A stretch of 64,000 bases of DNA from Candidatus Latescibacterota bacterium (lineage in GTDB: Bacteria > Latescibacterota > UBA2968), in assembly GCA_965222605.1 (NCBI GenBank), contig OZ244960.1, forward strand, positions 2,336,001 through 2,400,000, written 5' to 3'. The position numbers and the translations under genes were made by a program. Shown here one piece after another: positions 21,656 to 31,901 of the stretch; position 1 is the stretch's first letter; each line of letters opens with the position of its first letter. The notes under the pieces were generated by a model, which saw only the letters and a program-made list of their open reading frames with translations, searched no databases and was not told the origin of the DNA.

Positions 21656-22452
21656 TGTCCCTAACACAACAACAAATTGACCTCTTTCGCAACTCGGGTT
21701 ACGCCATCGTCCCCGACATGTTCACCCGCCGCGAAATACGCGCCATGCGCGCTGAACTCGACCGCTTCAAACGCGAAGGTCTCCTTCGCAATGTCGCCAC
21801 CGACGGGGATGGACAAACCCATTCACAAACGCAAATCAACCTGCAAATTTGTCCCATCACGCCCAAAAGCACCTTTTACCGCGCCCTGCACTTTCACCCC
21901 AAAGTCCTCGCATTGGTCGCGCAACTCATCGGCTCGCCCTTTGTGTTCTACCTCGACCAGATCTTTCTCAAACCCGGCAAACAGGGCATTGGCACAGACT
22001 GGCACCAGGACAACGCATATTTCAAAGTCAGCGATCCCGCCAAAGGCGTTGGCATGTGGGTTGCCCTTCACGATGCCAACATCGCCAACGGCACCCTGCA
22101 CATCGTACCCGGCAGCCACCGCGAAATTTACACCCACGACCGAGACCCCAACAGCGACCATCACATTCACTGCACAGTACCCGAAGAAAGAGCCATCCCC
22201 ATCGAATTGCCAGCCGGGGGTGCGGTCTTCTTCAACTTTGGCATTGCACATCGCACACTTGCAAATACCACAAACAGAGAACGCGCGGGCCTTGCCCTGC
22301 ACTTTTTGAACACCGACTATATTCCCAAAAACGTCAAAGCGACCCGACGCTATACCCACCTCACGGGTCCTCTTGCCACAGGCGGGAAAAAAGAATACGG
22401 CCTTTGTATTGCCAACACCTGGCCCAACGAAGTAGATCGCCTGCTCGCCTGA
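21655..22452 (+). CDS. Phytanoyl-CoA dioxygenase (PhyH)-family Fe/2OG enzyme
   Basis: WHQDNAY, WVALHDA...NGTLHIVPGSH, distal His in AHRT. Confidence 0.9.
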   Translation: MSLTQQQIDLFRNSGYAIVPDMFTRREIRAMRAELDRFKREGLLRNVATDGDGQTHSQTQINLQICPITPKSTFYRALHFHPKVLALVAQLIGSPFVFYLDQIFLKPGKQGIGTDWHQDNAYFKVSDPAKGVGMWVALHDANIANGTLHIVPGSHREIYTHDRDPNSDHHIHCTVPEERAIPIELPAGGAVFFNFGIAHRTLANTTNRERAGLALHFLNTDYIPKNVKATRRYTHLTGPLATGGKKEYGLCIANTWPNEVDRLLA

Positions 22453-22461
22453 GCGATATTC

Positions 22462-22749
22462 TCACTCTCCCGCATTTACTCTTACAACGAGCCTCACTTT
22501 GAGAACCTCGCGCCAGAGTACCCGGACCTTACCCTGCGTCTCTGTGGTCACCACAATCTCTTCTTTATTTATTCGCAACAAAATCCCCTGAAATGTCGTG
22601 CCATCTCTGGTCTCTATCAACAGAGAATCTCCCACCGCGACTTGCTCTGGGGAATGCACCACCTCGTAATAAATATAAGAAGAGGGCGATGTGGTCTCGC
22701 ATCCACAAATCCACAGGCTCAAAATTGCAACTATTAGCAACCTGTTCAT
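22462..22749 (-). CDS. Small lipoprotein with an Sm/SH3-like beta domain
   Basis: MNRLLIVAILSLWICGC lipobox; IETRDGTTFQGILL. Confidence 0.6.
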   Translation of the reverse strand: MNRLLIVAILSLWICGCETTSPSSYIYYEVVHSPEQVAVGDSLLIETRDGTTFQGILLRINKEEIVVTTETQGKVRVLWREVLKVRLVVRVNAGE

Positions 22750-22757
22750 AATACGCC

Positions 22758-23636
22758 TCACAGGGGTTCTGCTGAAAAAACCCGCCACTGATCCACAGGT
22801 CGAAATTTCTGTTTGAACTGACGCAAACCCGATAAACCCAAATCCCCAGCGTCATTCACACGGCGATAAGCCGATAGCTCGCCATAAACCCGCCACCGCA
22901 AAAAATACGATAAATCGGGCAAATCGGGATTGGTCTTCGCAACAAAAAAATGCGCCAAATTGGGCTGCATATCTCCTGCCAGAGCAAAAGCCTCAATCCG
23001 CCCCGCCACCTCCACGCACCACCCCCACAACACATCTTCTGACCAAAAATGAAACTGATCGAGCGCGGCTCGCGTATATCCCCAGTCCAACAAAAAGGGA
23101 TGCCGACGCCCCTGGCGCCGACGCCAATACTTCAACAACGCGAAACAATCCGGCACATCCCACGCAGTCAAAACGCGAAAACGGGACTCGTGGGCGCGTT
23201 CAAACCGCCGCACGCGCTTGCGCACATCCCTAAAACGCCGTCCTCTGGCCGAAGCAATTTGCGCCGGGTCGTAAACGTATTCCGCGTCTTTATCGCGCAA
23301 CTCAAACTGTTCGGTATCTACATATTTGGCATCACAGGCGTCTAACCACAAAATTCTCGGCAGACGGCCGCCCTGATGAGATGCGAATTTGTCGATAACC
23401 CTTTTCAGCGTACCTGCATCACAGGGAACGGGGGGCAGCAGCAAATCAACGCCTTCTGGACGCTGTACAAACAGACACGTACTCCCCGCAATTTCATCGA
23501 CACACACAATCCGATTGGGTGCGAGACTAAAGGCACAGAGAAAAGGCGGAAAATAACACCAGGCCCGTTTGTTTGCTCGCAAAAACACATCGCGCAAGTA
23601 CTCGCCGTGTGAGGGATCAACAGGATGCCCGATCAC
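22758..23636 (-). CDS. DUF2156 / aminoacyl-tRNA-dependent transferase-like protein
   Basis: EYVYD...GRRFRDVRKRVRRF, VNDAGDLGLSGLRQFKQKFRP; GTG start next to the upstream stop. Confidence 0.7.
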   Translation of the reverse strand: MIGHPVDPSHGEYLRDVFLRANKRAWCYFPPFLCAFSLAPNRIVCVDEIAGSTCLFVQRPEGVDLLLPPVPCDAGTLKRVIDKFASHQGGRLPRILWLDACDAKYVDTEQFELRDKDAEYVYDPAQIASARGRRFRDVRKRVRRFERAHESRFRVLTAWDVPDCFALLKYWRRRQGRRHPFLLDWGYTRAALDQFHFWSEDVLWGWCVEVAGRIEAFALAGDMQPNLAHFFVAKTNPDLPDLSYFLRWRVYGELSAYRRVNDAGDLGLSGLRQFKQKFRPVDQWRVFSAEPL

Positions 23637-23637
23637 T

Positions 23638-24630
23638 TTATCGCCGCCTTTTACATTCAGCCGTGTACAGTGCCCCACGATATGTGCCAGTCACAAGAGG
23701 CTGTGGCTTCCCCGTAGAAATAAGACGCATCATCTGACTGACCCCACCCAATACCTGGGCACCGACATACTCATTAAAATCTGGTATGATTTCCACAGGC
23801 GCAAAGCCCATCTCGATCAATGAGCCAATCGCCCGCGCTGTCTCGTCCGGTGAACGGCGGCCAAAACTGACAAATCCCTGCTTGCCCACCTCGGGTACCA
23901 GTGCAGAAGCCCCACGCGACACAAAAAGCGACAAACCGGGCAACGTGTAGGGCGGATCGGTAAAAAACACATCCATTTTCCCACACAGATCCGACGGAAT
24001 ATCTTCGCGCAAATCGCGTGCAATCACAGTGATAGGCAACCCTTCGCATTCACTGACTACACTTAAAAAATCAATGAGCCGCCCATCGCACTCCAGCACC
24101 ACCACCTGCCCGAGAACAATCTCCAAATGCTGTGCCAGCAAGCCCACCGCCACCGACGTCAAATCGTCGTCCCCCAGAACGAGCAGATTTCGCCCTTCGA
24201 GTGCATCGTGTTCGTACAGATACACAGCGCGCCTTAAAACGGTCTCGGGCGTTGCATGGGATTGATCCAGTTTGACATCGACCTTTGGCCGCCTCGCAGA
24301 AATATCTGCAAGACATTTGCAAATATCTTTCAAAACCACAGGTATGGGGGGTACACCCGGGCGCGCAAAGCGTTTGCGGCACGAAAGCCCCAACTCCGAT
24401 TGCACAACACTCAGACCCTTACCCGTGAGCGAAACCCCACCTTTTCGCGTCAAAATACCTCTCTTTTCCAATTCGCCCCGCACAGCGGCAACCACGGGAA
24501 TGGGCAAGCCCACCTCCTGGCCGACATTGCGAATGGGAATCTGCTCAGACATAAAAACCGTTCGCAGAATGCGACGCACGCCCTCGGCACCTTCGGCCAG
24601 CCGCGCCTGGGTTGCTACCTCGTGCAACAA
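23638..24630 (-). CDS. Branched-chain polyamine synthase (BpsA/DUF43) family protein
   Basis: LDQSHATPETVLRRA, LVLGDDDLTS, DLRE, FFTDPPYTLPG, FNEY; winged-helix N-terminus. Confidence 0.8.
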   Translation of the reverse strand: MLHEVATQARLAEGAEGVRRILRTVFMSEQIPIRNVGQEVGLPIPVVAAVRGELEKRGILTRKGGVSLTGKGLSVVQSELGLSCRKRFARPGVPPIPVVLKDICKCLADISARRPKVDVKLDQSHATPETVLRRAVYLYEHDALEGRNLLVLGDDDLTSVAVGLLAQHLEIVLGQVVVLECDGRLIDFLSVVSECEGLPITVIARDLREDIPSDLCGKMDVFFTDPPYTLPGLSLFVSRGASALVPEVGKQGFVSFGRRSPDETARAIGSLIEMGFAPVEIIPDFNEYVGAQVLGGVSQMMRLISTGKPQPLVTGTYRGALYTAECKRRR

Positions 24631-24649
24631 GTCAGTAGAAAAATTGGAC

Positions 24650-25738
24650 CTATGCCGTTTCGGAATCAGTGTTATCGTCGGCCTCCTCGCTCACAACCTC
24701 GAGATCATCATCCCGAGCAAGCAAATTTTCATCGTCCTTGCGATGTCTTAAAACCACATACATCAAACTCAGCCCCGACGCGTATGTCGCCTGGACATAA
24801 GCAACCACAATCCCCGTAATCACAATGAGCATCACGCCCAGGATACCACCACCCCAGACTGCTGCTCCCGACGGTGTCCCCGGCACGGGCAAACTCGCAA
24901 ACAAATCATCCCATTTCTCTGGGACAAACAAGAGATAGTGCGATGCCACATAAAAAAGATTGGCCAGTTTAACATCCATAAACAAACCGCACGCCATGGC
25001 AATCAGACCAATCGCAGCCATGGTCAAAGCTCCCATCACCATCAAACCAACCCACACCGCAAAAACCATCCACACCGCGTACAAAACCAATCGCCAGGGC
25101 TGTGACCACGTCAGTGAAAACGACTGTATCACAACATCTAAAATATCATACCCTTCAGTGCCCACAATAGCTGGCGACATAATCACAGCAACAACAAATA
25201 CCAGACCGATAAACACAGCCAACAATGCCGCAAAAAAGATCGGAATAAAAAACAGCGCGAAAACTATCTCGCCCACCGAGGGGATCCAGCCGGCAACCCA
25301 CCCTATGGCAATGCCGCCAACCACAAAAAGGGCAAACAGAGCAAACACCGCAACGGGGCCAAACAGCACGGCTTTCCAGCGCGCGCGCGCAAATCGCCAG
25401 GCATCGCCGACCGAATAAAACTCATCGCCCCGCAGTTGCTGAAAAGTGATCTTGCACATCATACTGGTCGTTACAAACGCCACCGACAGGGCAAACACCA
25501 TACCCAAAATGTGCAACCCCGTGCCAAACAGATCAAATTCACCGAGCGTTGCGCCGGGGAATAAACCATAGCGCTGCCACAGGCTCCCGCTGCCCGCGCG
25601 GATATGCGCGATCAGCAACAAAACCGAATAACCCGCCCAGGCCACGAACAACCCCAACAGACCAACCCAAATTTTTTTTCCAGACCAACCCAATCGCACA
25701 CAGCGAAAAATATCTCGAATATCGAAATGCAGATTCAT
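24650..25738 (-). CDS. Multi-pass membrane protein of unknown function
   Basis: Many hydrophobic segments, acidic tail. Confidence 0.75.
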   Translation of the reverse strand: MNLHFDIRDIFRCVRLGWSGKKIWVGLLGLFVAWAGYSVLLLIAHIRAGSGSLWQRYGLFPGATLGEFDLFGTGLHILGMVFALSVAFVTTSMMCKITFQQLRGDEFYSVGDAWRFARARWKAVLFGPVAVFALFALFVVGGIAIGWVAGWIPSVGEIVFALFFIPIFFAALLAVFIGLVFVVAVIMSPAIVGTEGYDILDVVIQSFSLTWSQPWRLVLYAVWMVFAVWVGLMVMGALTMAAIGLIAMACGLFMDVKLANLFYVASHYLLFVPEKWDDLFASLPVPGTPSGAAVWGGGILGVMLIVITGIVVAYVQATYASGLSLMYVVLRHRKDDENLLARDDDLEVVSEEADDNTDSETA

Positions 25739-25746
25739 ATTACTCC

Positions 25747-26313
25747 TTACTGTTCAGATAGTTCTTCCCGCTGGTTCAAATTGAGCACCTCCCGCACCGC
25801 AGTCAAAAAATCGCGCAATTCCATGTGCGATGTTCGCGCTTGCGCGGGTTTGCTGCGCACACCCGGAGGCAAGGGCACATGGCTGAGCCTGACCTCGCGA
25901 TTTCCACCTTCACCCACCTTTACGGCATAACATCCCTGTCCCAATCCCATCGGCCATGGAGATCCAAAATCGTCGCGCTTTGAAAGAAACAGCACGGTCT
26001 CTTGCCCCGCCACAAACTGCGGCATACCTGGCACAAGCATGCGTTGCCCTTCCCATTCACCGCCGGGCAAAGTCAGCACCATTTCTGAATCAGCCTGCCC
26101 TTTGACCACCTCCATGACTCTAAACCGCGTTTGTGTAAAAATACCCTCTCGATCGGCAAAAACTGCATTTTCGCGCGTGAGACATTTGACATATACAATA
26201 GTCTGCGCGGTTTCGCACATCTCTTCAAAGGCAAACGTCTTCACAGTTGTCGCCCAGGCAGGTGTCCACCCCATAGCCATCAACATCAAACCCGCAAACA
26301 ATCGTTTATTCAT
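25747..26313 (-). CDS. Secreted hypothetical protein
   Basis: Signal peptide (AWA-TT); LPGGE...VPGMPQF...ETVLFL. Confidence 0.7.
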   Translation of the reverse strand: MNKRLFAGLMLMAMGWTPAWATTVKTFAFEEMCETAQTIVYVKCLTRENAVFADREGIFTQTRFRVMEVVKGQADSEMVLTLPGGEWEGQRMLVPGMPQFVAGQETVLFLSKRDDFGSPWPMGLGQGCYAVKVGEGGNREVRLSHVPLPPGVRSKPAQARTSHMELRDFLTAVREVLNLNQREELSEQ

Positions 26314-26368
26314 TTTCCTACCTCCTGAAAAAAACATCAGTAATTAAAAAATCTCCAATACCATTGAT

Positions 26369-27642
26369 TCTTATCCTAACAGCCAGTAAAACCCCATGCT
26401 TTAGCATCGAGTCGCCTGACGAAGGGCTTTCAAAATGAGCTTTAGCCCTTGATTTTACACGACTTTAAGTATATATTTTGTATATGCTTAAGGCTTTCAA
26501 ATACAGATTGCGTCCTACGAAAAAGCAAGAGCGCATCTTGCTGGCGCATATCGAAGAATGTCGGTTGCTGTATAACCAACTGGTCTGTGCAAGGATTCAG
26601 GCATGGGAAAGAGAAGAACCATCTTTGTCTTGTTATGACCAGATGAAAACCATTCCATTGATGAAGCAACAACGACGTGAGCTTACACAGGTATATAGTC
26701 AAGTCCTGCAAAATGTGGCCATTAGAGTTGACCTTGCCTTCAAAGCATTTTTTCGCCGCGTTAAAGCGAAGAATGGTAAAGCGGGCTTTCCAAGATATAA
26801 GGGACAGCATCGGTATGATTCGATCACGTATCCCCAATTTTCTAATGGCTGCCGATGGGATGAAAAGGGCCTCCGATTGGGAAAGATTGGCTGTATTCGG
26901 ATTGTGCAACACAGGCCGCTTGAAGGGATGCCCAAAGCCTGCACCATAACGCGCACAGCAACGGGTAAATGGTTTGCCTCTATCCAGTGTGATTTGGGCG
27001 ATGTCCCTTCGCCAGAGAGAGACGACAGACCTGATGTGGGCATAGATGTAGGACTTGAAAAGTTTGCCACGTTGAGCACGGGCGAAGAAATCCCTAATCC
27101 TCGATTTTTCAGACAAAAAGAAAAGGCACTTGCCAAAGCGCAACGCAGATGGGATAAGGTCAAGAAGCAGAAGAAGACCGATCCTGTGCGTGAAAAACGA
27201 CGTAAGGTTGTTGCAAGAGTGCATGAGCGCATTCGCAACAAGAGACACAACTTTGCCCATCAAGAGTCTCGGAAGCTGGTCAACCGCTTCTCCATGATAG
27301 CCATTGAAGATTTGCCTGTCAATCGTATGGTGCATAACCGATGTCTTTCAAAAAGTATTTCCGATGCTGCATGGTCTATGTTCACGGATTGTCTCACCTA
27401 CAAAGCGGAAGAAGCTGGTAGCGTTGTAGAACCTGTGGACCCTGCCTATACGAGCCAAGATTGCTCAAAGTGCGGGCATAGACTCAAAAAGGTCCTATCT
27501 GATAGACGCCATAAATGCCCCTTTTGTGGCCTCGATATGGACAGAGACCACAATGCAGCGATAAATATATTGAGATTGGGACGACAATCTCAGGTGGGTA
27601 AACCGCCAAGAAGCCCAAGCCTTTAGCTTTGGGAGTCGTCAC
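26369..27642 (+). mobile_element. IS200/IS605-family (IS1341-type, tnpB only) element; left boundary approximate
   Basis: Related end motifs aaaccccatgctttagc (left) and gaagcccaagcctttagctttgggagtcgtcac (right); no tnpA. Confidence 0.75.
26484..27626 (+). CDS. tnpB: RNA-guided endonuclease TnpB
   Basis: KAFKYRLRPT HTH; RuvC GIDVG, IEDL, DRDHNAAINI; Zn finger CSKC...CPFC. Confidence 0.95.
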   Translation: MLKAFKYRLRPTKKQERILLAHIEECRLLYNQLVCARIQAWEREEPSLSCYDQMKTIPLMKQQRRELTQVYSQVLQNVAIRVDLAFKAFFRRVKAKNGKAGFPRYKGQHRYDSITYPQFSNGCRWDEKGLRLGKIGCIRIVQHRPLEGMPKACTITRTATGKWFASIQCDLGDVPSPERDDRPDVGIDVGLEKFATLSTGEEIPNPRFFRQKEKALAKAQRRWDKVKKQKKTDPVREKRRKVVARVHERIRNKRHNFAHQESRKLVNRFSMIAIEDLPVNRMVHNRCLSKSISDAAWSMFTDCLTYKAEEAGSVVEPVDPAYTSQDCSKCGHRLKKVLSDRRHKCPFCGLDMDRDHNAAINILRLGRQSQVGKPPRSPSL

Positions 27643-27746
27643 ACATCTCAACAGACAAACAGTTGCAGGACGAACTGCGAATCAGCGAATCTACGAACCC
27701 TATCCATCCTCCCAAAATCAGTATGTATTTCCATTCGTCTATTCGT

Positions 27747-29081
27747 CTATTCGTCTATTCGTCCAAGCGATTCAAACACCTGAACTGCCAATGCCAGCGC
27801 CTCATCGCGGCGCGTCACACGCCCTTCTAACTGGGCATCTTCAACAGCCCGCAAAACCAGCTTAAACGCGGGACCGGGATTTTTTCCCATCGCAATCAAA
27901 TCGCGTCCATTAATCAGCGGAACGGGGCGAATTTGTTCTGGCTCCAGAGTCTCCAGCGCAGTCTTGCAAAACGCATAATTGTCCAACTCGCCATGGCTCG
28001 ACAAACAATCGATCCGGTGCAACATCAGATGATCTTCAAACCGATCTGTACGCAAAAACCGCTTCAACGTACTCGGGCGCATCTCCTGTACATGCATAAA
28101 TTTGTGGTGATCTGCCACCAATGCCGCAATATGCTTTGTCTGTTCCGACGAGAACCGCAACCTCCTGCAAATCTCTTCGGCCATCTCGCGCCCAACTTTT
28201 GTGTGGTTGTGGAACCGAATCCGATCCCGCACCTGATAGGTAGGGGGTTTGCCCACATCGTGCAACAAAATACCCATCGCCAATTCTACAGAGGGATTGC
28301 GCATCAAACCCAACATAATCAGCGTATGGGTCAACACATCGCCCTCGGGATGAAACTGAGGCGGTTGGGGAACGCCATCCATTGCAACAACTTCGGGCAT
28401 AAAAACCGCCATCAATCCCAAATCAATCAGCCAGCGCACCCCCAAAGGCGCGCCCCCCTCGGTCAAAATTTTGACAAATTCATCGCGAACGCGCTCAAGA
28501 CTTATGAACGCAATACTCGCGCTCAGTGTTCCAATAACCTCCTGCGTCTTCTCCTCAATGGGCCAGTGATACCGACACGCAAAGCGAATCGCGCGCAACA
28601 TACGCAATCGATCTTCACAAAATCGAGCATGCGGATCGCCAATCGTGCGGATCACCTTTCTCTGGAGATCAGCCTGTCCCCCCACATAATCGAACACGGC
28701 ATCGGCTACCGGATCGTAAAACATCCCATTAATGGTAAAATCGCGCCTCTGCGCGTCCTCTTCTTCATCCACAAACACCACACCATCGGGATGCCGACCA
28801 TCGGAATACCCCAGATCGCGGCGAAAACGCGCCACTTCATAAGTATAATCGCCCAACCGCACAATCACCACCCCAAAATGCGCCCCAACCACCTGTGCAT
28901 GCGGAAAAATGCCGATCACCTGTTGGAGATCGGCATTTGTGGCAATATCGTAATCGCGGGGCACCTGCCCCATCAACATGTCGCGCACGCATCCACCGGC
29001 CCACAAAGCGCGAAAACCCCGCGCCTGCAACCGACGTACAATTTCCAGCGCGCCCGTGCGTGCATCCTGGTCATTCGTCAC
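27747..29081 (-). CDS. cca: CCA tRNA nucleotidyltransferase with HD domain
   Basis: AGGCVRD, DYDIAT, RRDFTIN, EDRLRMLRAIRF, HPEGDV, LLHDVGKP. Confidence 0.9.
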   Translation of the reverse strand: MTNDQDARTGALEIVRRLQARGFRALWAGGCVRDMLMGQVPRDYDIATNADLQQVIGIFPHAQVVGAHFGVVIVRLGDYTYEVARFRRDLGYSDGRHPDGVVFVDEEEDAQRRDFTINGMFYDPVADAVFDYVGGQADLQRKVIRTIGDPHARFCEDRLRMLRAIRFACRYHWPIEEKTQEVIGTLSASIAFISLERVRDEFVKILTEGGAPLGVRWLIDLGLMAVFMPEVVAMDGVPQPPQFHPEGDVLTHTLIMLGLMRNPSVELAMGILLHDVGKPPTYQVRDRIRFHNHTKVGREMAEEICRRLRFSSEQTKHIAALVADHHKFMHVQEMRPSTLKRFLRTDRFEDHLMLHRIDCLSSHGELDNYAFCKTALETLEPEQIRPVPLINGRDLIAMGKNPGPAFKLVLRAVEDAQLEGRVTRRDEALALAVQVFESLGRIDE

Positions 29082-29104
29082 ATCAAATCACCTCTTACCT
29101 ATCA

Positions 29105-30394
29105 TCACTCTTCCACCGTCACCCGCTGGATATGCGCGCCCAAACTGCGCAAGCGCGTATCAATTCGTTCGTATCCACGATCAATCTGTTCGATATTTCT
29201 AATCACACTTTGCCCCTCGGCACACAAAGCCGCAATAATCAGCGCCATACCCGCCCGGATATCCGGACTCGACAAATGCTCGCCATAGAGTTTTGACGGC
29301 CCCACCACCACCGCGCGATGCGGGTCACAAATCACAATTTTCGCGCCCATATCGATGAGACGGTCCAGCCAGTACATACGCTGTTCAAACATCTTTTCAA
29401 AAAACAGCACCGTACCCCGTGCCTGCGTCGCTAACACAATGGCAATACTCATCAAATCGGGTGGAAAACCCGGCCACGGATCATTGTCAATGCGCGGAAT
29501 CGCATCGCCCACATCCGGCATAATCTCCAGCTTTTGAAAGGGCGGCACCACAATATCCTGTCCATCGACCTCAACTTCCAGCCCCAATCGCCGAAACACC
29601 ATCAAACTCTTGCGCATATTTTTGGGCGCAGCATTGACAATGCGAATCTCGCTATTGGTCGCCCCGGCCAACCCAATAAAACTGCCAACTTCCATATAAT
29701 CTGGACCAATTGTGTGCGTTGTCCCACCGAGTTCTGACACGCCTTCAATAACCAGTTCATTGGTCCCAATACCCGAAATTTGAGCACCCATCTCGTTGAG
29801 CATCAAACACAATTCCTGCACATGAGGCTCTGAAGCCACATTGCACAAAATGGTCGTACCCCGCGCAAGAACCGCTGCCATCACAGCATTTTCAGTGCCG
29901 GTTACACTGCGCTCGTCCAAAAAAATATCAGCCCCCACAAGACCTCTGGGCGCCGTAAAATCGTAAATGTGATTCGTATGGAACCGCACGCCGAGTTCTA
30001 CGAGCGCAATCAAGTGTGTATCGACCCGTCGCCGACCAATGCGGTCGCCCCCAGGTCGCGGAATCGTTGCTTTCCCAAATCGTCCCAACAACGGACCGGC
30101 AAACATAAAACTGCCGCGCACTTTTCGGCACAAATCGGCCCGCAACACAGATTTGCGGACACCCCGTGTACAAATCGTCAACTCGTGATCACTCGAGTAG
30201 CGAACCTCTGCCCCCAGATCGCGCAAAATTTCGACAATAACGGCAATATCGCCAATATCAGGCACATTTTTGAGCACCACAGGTTCTTCTGTCAACAAAG
30301 TCGCCGCCAAAAGAGGTTGGGCCGCATTCTTATTCCCAGCGGGAACAACAGTCCCAGATAACCCATGCCCGCCTTCTATAACAAATTGTTCCAT
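29105..30394 (-). CDS. murA: UDP-N-acetylglucosamine 1-carboxyvinyltransferase (Cys-to-Asp variant)
   Basis: [42 protein letters not shown]. Confidence 0.96.
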   Translation of the reverse strand: MEQFVIEGGHGLSGTVVPAGNKNAAQPLLAATLLTEEPVVLKNVPDIGDIAVIVEILRDLGAEVRYSSDHELTICTRGVRKSVLRADLCRKVRGSFMFAGPLLGRFGKATIPRPGGDRIGRRRVDTHLIALVELGVRFHTNHIYDFTAPRGLVGADIFLDERSVTGTENAVMAAVLARGTTILCNVASEPHVQELCLMLNEMGAQISGIGTNELVIEGVSELGGTTHTIGPDYMEVGSFIGLAGATNSEIRIVNAAPKNMRKSLMVFRRLGLEVEVDGQDIVVPPFQKLEIMPDVGDAIPRIDNDPWPGFPPDLMSIAIVLATQARGTVLFFEKMFEQRMYWLDRLIDMGAKIVICDPHRAVVVGPSKLYGEHLSSPDIRAGMALIIAALCAEGQSVIRNIEQIDRGYERIDTRLRSLGAHIQRVTVEE

Positions 30395-30531
30395 AAAAAA
30401 CGTCTCCAATCAGTCAAACGGAGAAGATAAAATAAGTAGCTTCGCAGTCATGTCTATCATAGTACAGATATAGAAATATTTCAAGAGTAAAAAGGCAAAA
30501 AAGCAAAAAGGTAAGAAGTGCGGGTGCTTCT

Positions 30532-31593
30532 TCACCCTTCACCCTTCACACTTCTCTCTTCCCAATACAACTGTCCACATCCAGCCGCAATATCATCTCC
30601 CTTGCTATAGCGAACAGTTGCTGTCAATTGCGCCTGAGACAAAATATTTACAAACCGATCAATGGCTTTCTGAGGGGGACGTTCATAGCGCGCATCGTCA
30701 ATGGGATTCCAGGGAATCACATTGATTTTACATGGAATATCGCGCACGAGAGCAATCAACCTTTGTGCATCTTCGGCTGTATCATTAAACCCGTGCAACA
30801 ACACGTATTCAAATGTCACCCATCGCCTGACCTGATCGTAATAGGCTCGCACTGCACACAGGAGTTCTTCAATAGGCCACTTGCGATTGATGGGCATAAT
30901 CTCTGACCGCTGCTCATCCGTCGTCGCATTGAGCGACACAGCCAATCCAATTTTGAGTTTTTCTCGCGCCAGTTTTGCAATACCCGGCACATGGCCAACC
31001 GTTGACAACGTAATGCGACGTATGCCCACAGCCGCCCCATAATCCAGATTGATCAGTCGAATAGCCCGAATCACCTGATTGAAATTCAGCAGAGGTTCTC
31101 CCATCCCCATCATCACCACATGCGTCAACTCATCATCCTTCGAACGCAAAAACCGCTGTGCATACAACACCTGCTCAACAATCTCTGCGGCCGTCAAATT
31201 GCGAATCAACCCCATGCGCGCAGTCGCACAGAACTGGCAATCGAGCGGACATCCCACCTGCGACGACACACACAGCGTGCGGCGCTTGCCATCCCGCATC
31301 AAAACACTTTCGATAAGCCGCTTATCGGGCAACTCAAACAAGAACTTGACCGTATCTGTTGACGAGGAACTCATTGCATCAACGCGATTTAATTTCAAAA
31401 GCGTAAATCGCTCATCGAACCGCGCCCGCACAGTCCTGGACAAATTCGTCATCGACTCAAAGTCCGTGACGCCCTTGTTGTAAAGCCAGTCAATCAACTG
31501 CCGGGTTCTGTACCGCTCCAGACCCATATCGGACACATGTTGCGCCAATTCTTCGGGAAACAAGCCTTTGAGTTCAATTTTCTCAGCATTCAT
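30532..31593 (-). CDS. rlmN: 23S rRNA/tRNA m2A methyltransferase
   Basis: CVSSQVGCPLDCQFC, MGMGEPL, DIAAGCGQL. Confidence 0.96.
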   Translation of the reverse strand: MNAEKIELKGLFPEELAQHVSDMGLERYRTRQLIDWLYNKGVTDFESMTNLSRTVRARFDERFTLLKLNRVDAMSSSSTDTVKFLFELPDKRLIESVLMRDGKRRTLCVSSQVGCPLDCQFCATARMGLIRNLTAAEIVEQVLYAQRFLRSKDDELTHVVMMGMGEPLLNFNQVIRAIRLINLDYGAAVGIRRITLSTVGHVPGIAKLAREKLKIGLAVSLNATTDEQRSEIMPINRKWPIEELLCAVRAYYDQVRRWVTFEYVLLHGFNDTAEDAQRLIALVRDIPCKINVIPWNPIDDARYERPPQKAIDRFVNILSQAQLTATVRYSKGDDIAAGCGQLYWEERSVKGEG

Positions 31594-31616
31594 TCAATAA
31601 CCTCAATTTAGTGCGG

Positions 31617-31688
31617 CGGACAACCACAGGGGGTTGTCCCTACACAAATCACAACATCATCGTAGGGGCGGTGCCCCTGTGCCCGCCC
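31617..31688. repeat. Pair of GTAG-type REP palindromes
   Basis: ggacaaccacagggggttgtccctac and gtaggggcggtgcccctgtgcccgccc; same family as 10518-10583. Confidence 0.7.
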
Positions 31689-31901
31689 GTTGTAAGGAAG
31701 CAGTTTACAACTGCGACCAGCAATCCAATTTACCCAGGCTTGCAGATCGCGTCAAGGTCACAACGCACGTATTACAAGATATAGCAGACACAATTTTACA
31801 ACCCCCATATAATGCGCTTGACGTAAATAGCGAGATGGTTTATTGTTTGGCGCACATTCGGTCAGAAACCATTATGAACGTTTAAAAGGGTCCCTCCCCC
31901 T

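Noticed and set aside
26442-27335. 297-aa minus-strand ORF
   Set aside because: Antisense shadow of tnpB
27734-27765. ttcgtcta tandem repeat at the cca 3' end
   Set aside because: Short, spans the stop codon; no evidence of phase variation affecting the enzyme
27933-29288. 451-aa plus-strand ORF
   Set aside because: Antisense to the cca and murA genes; no recognisable domain
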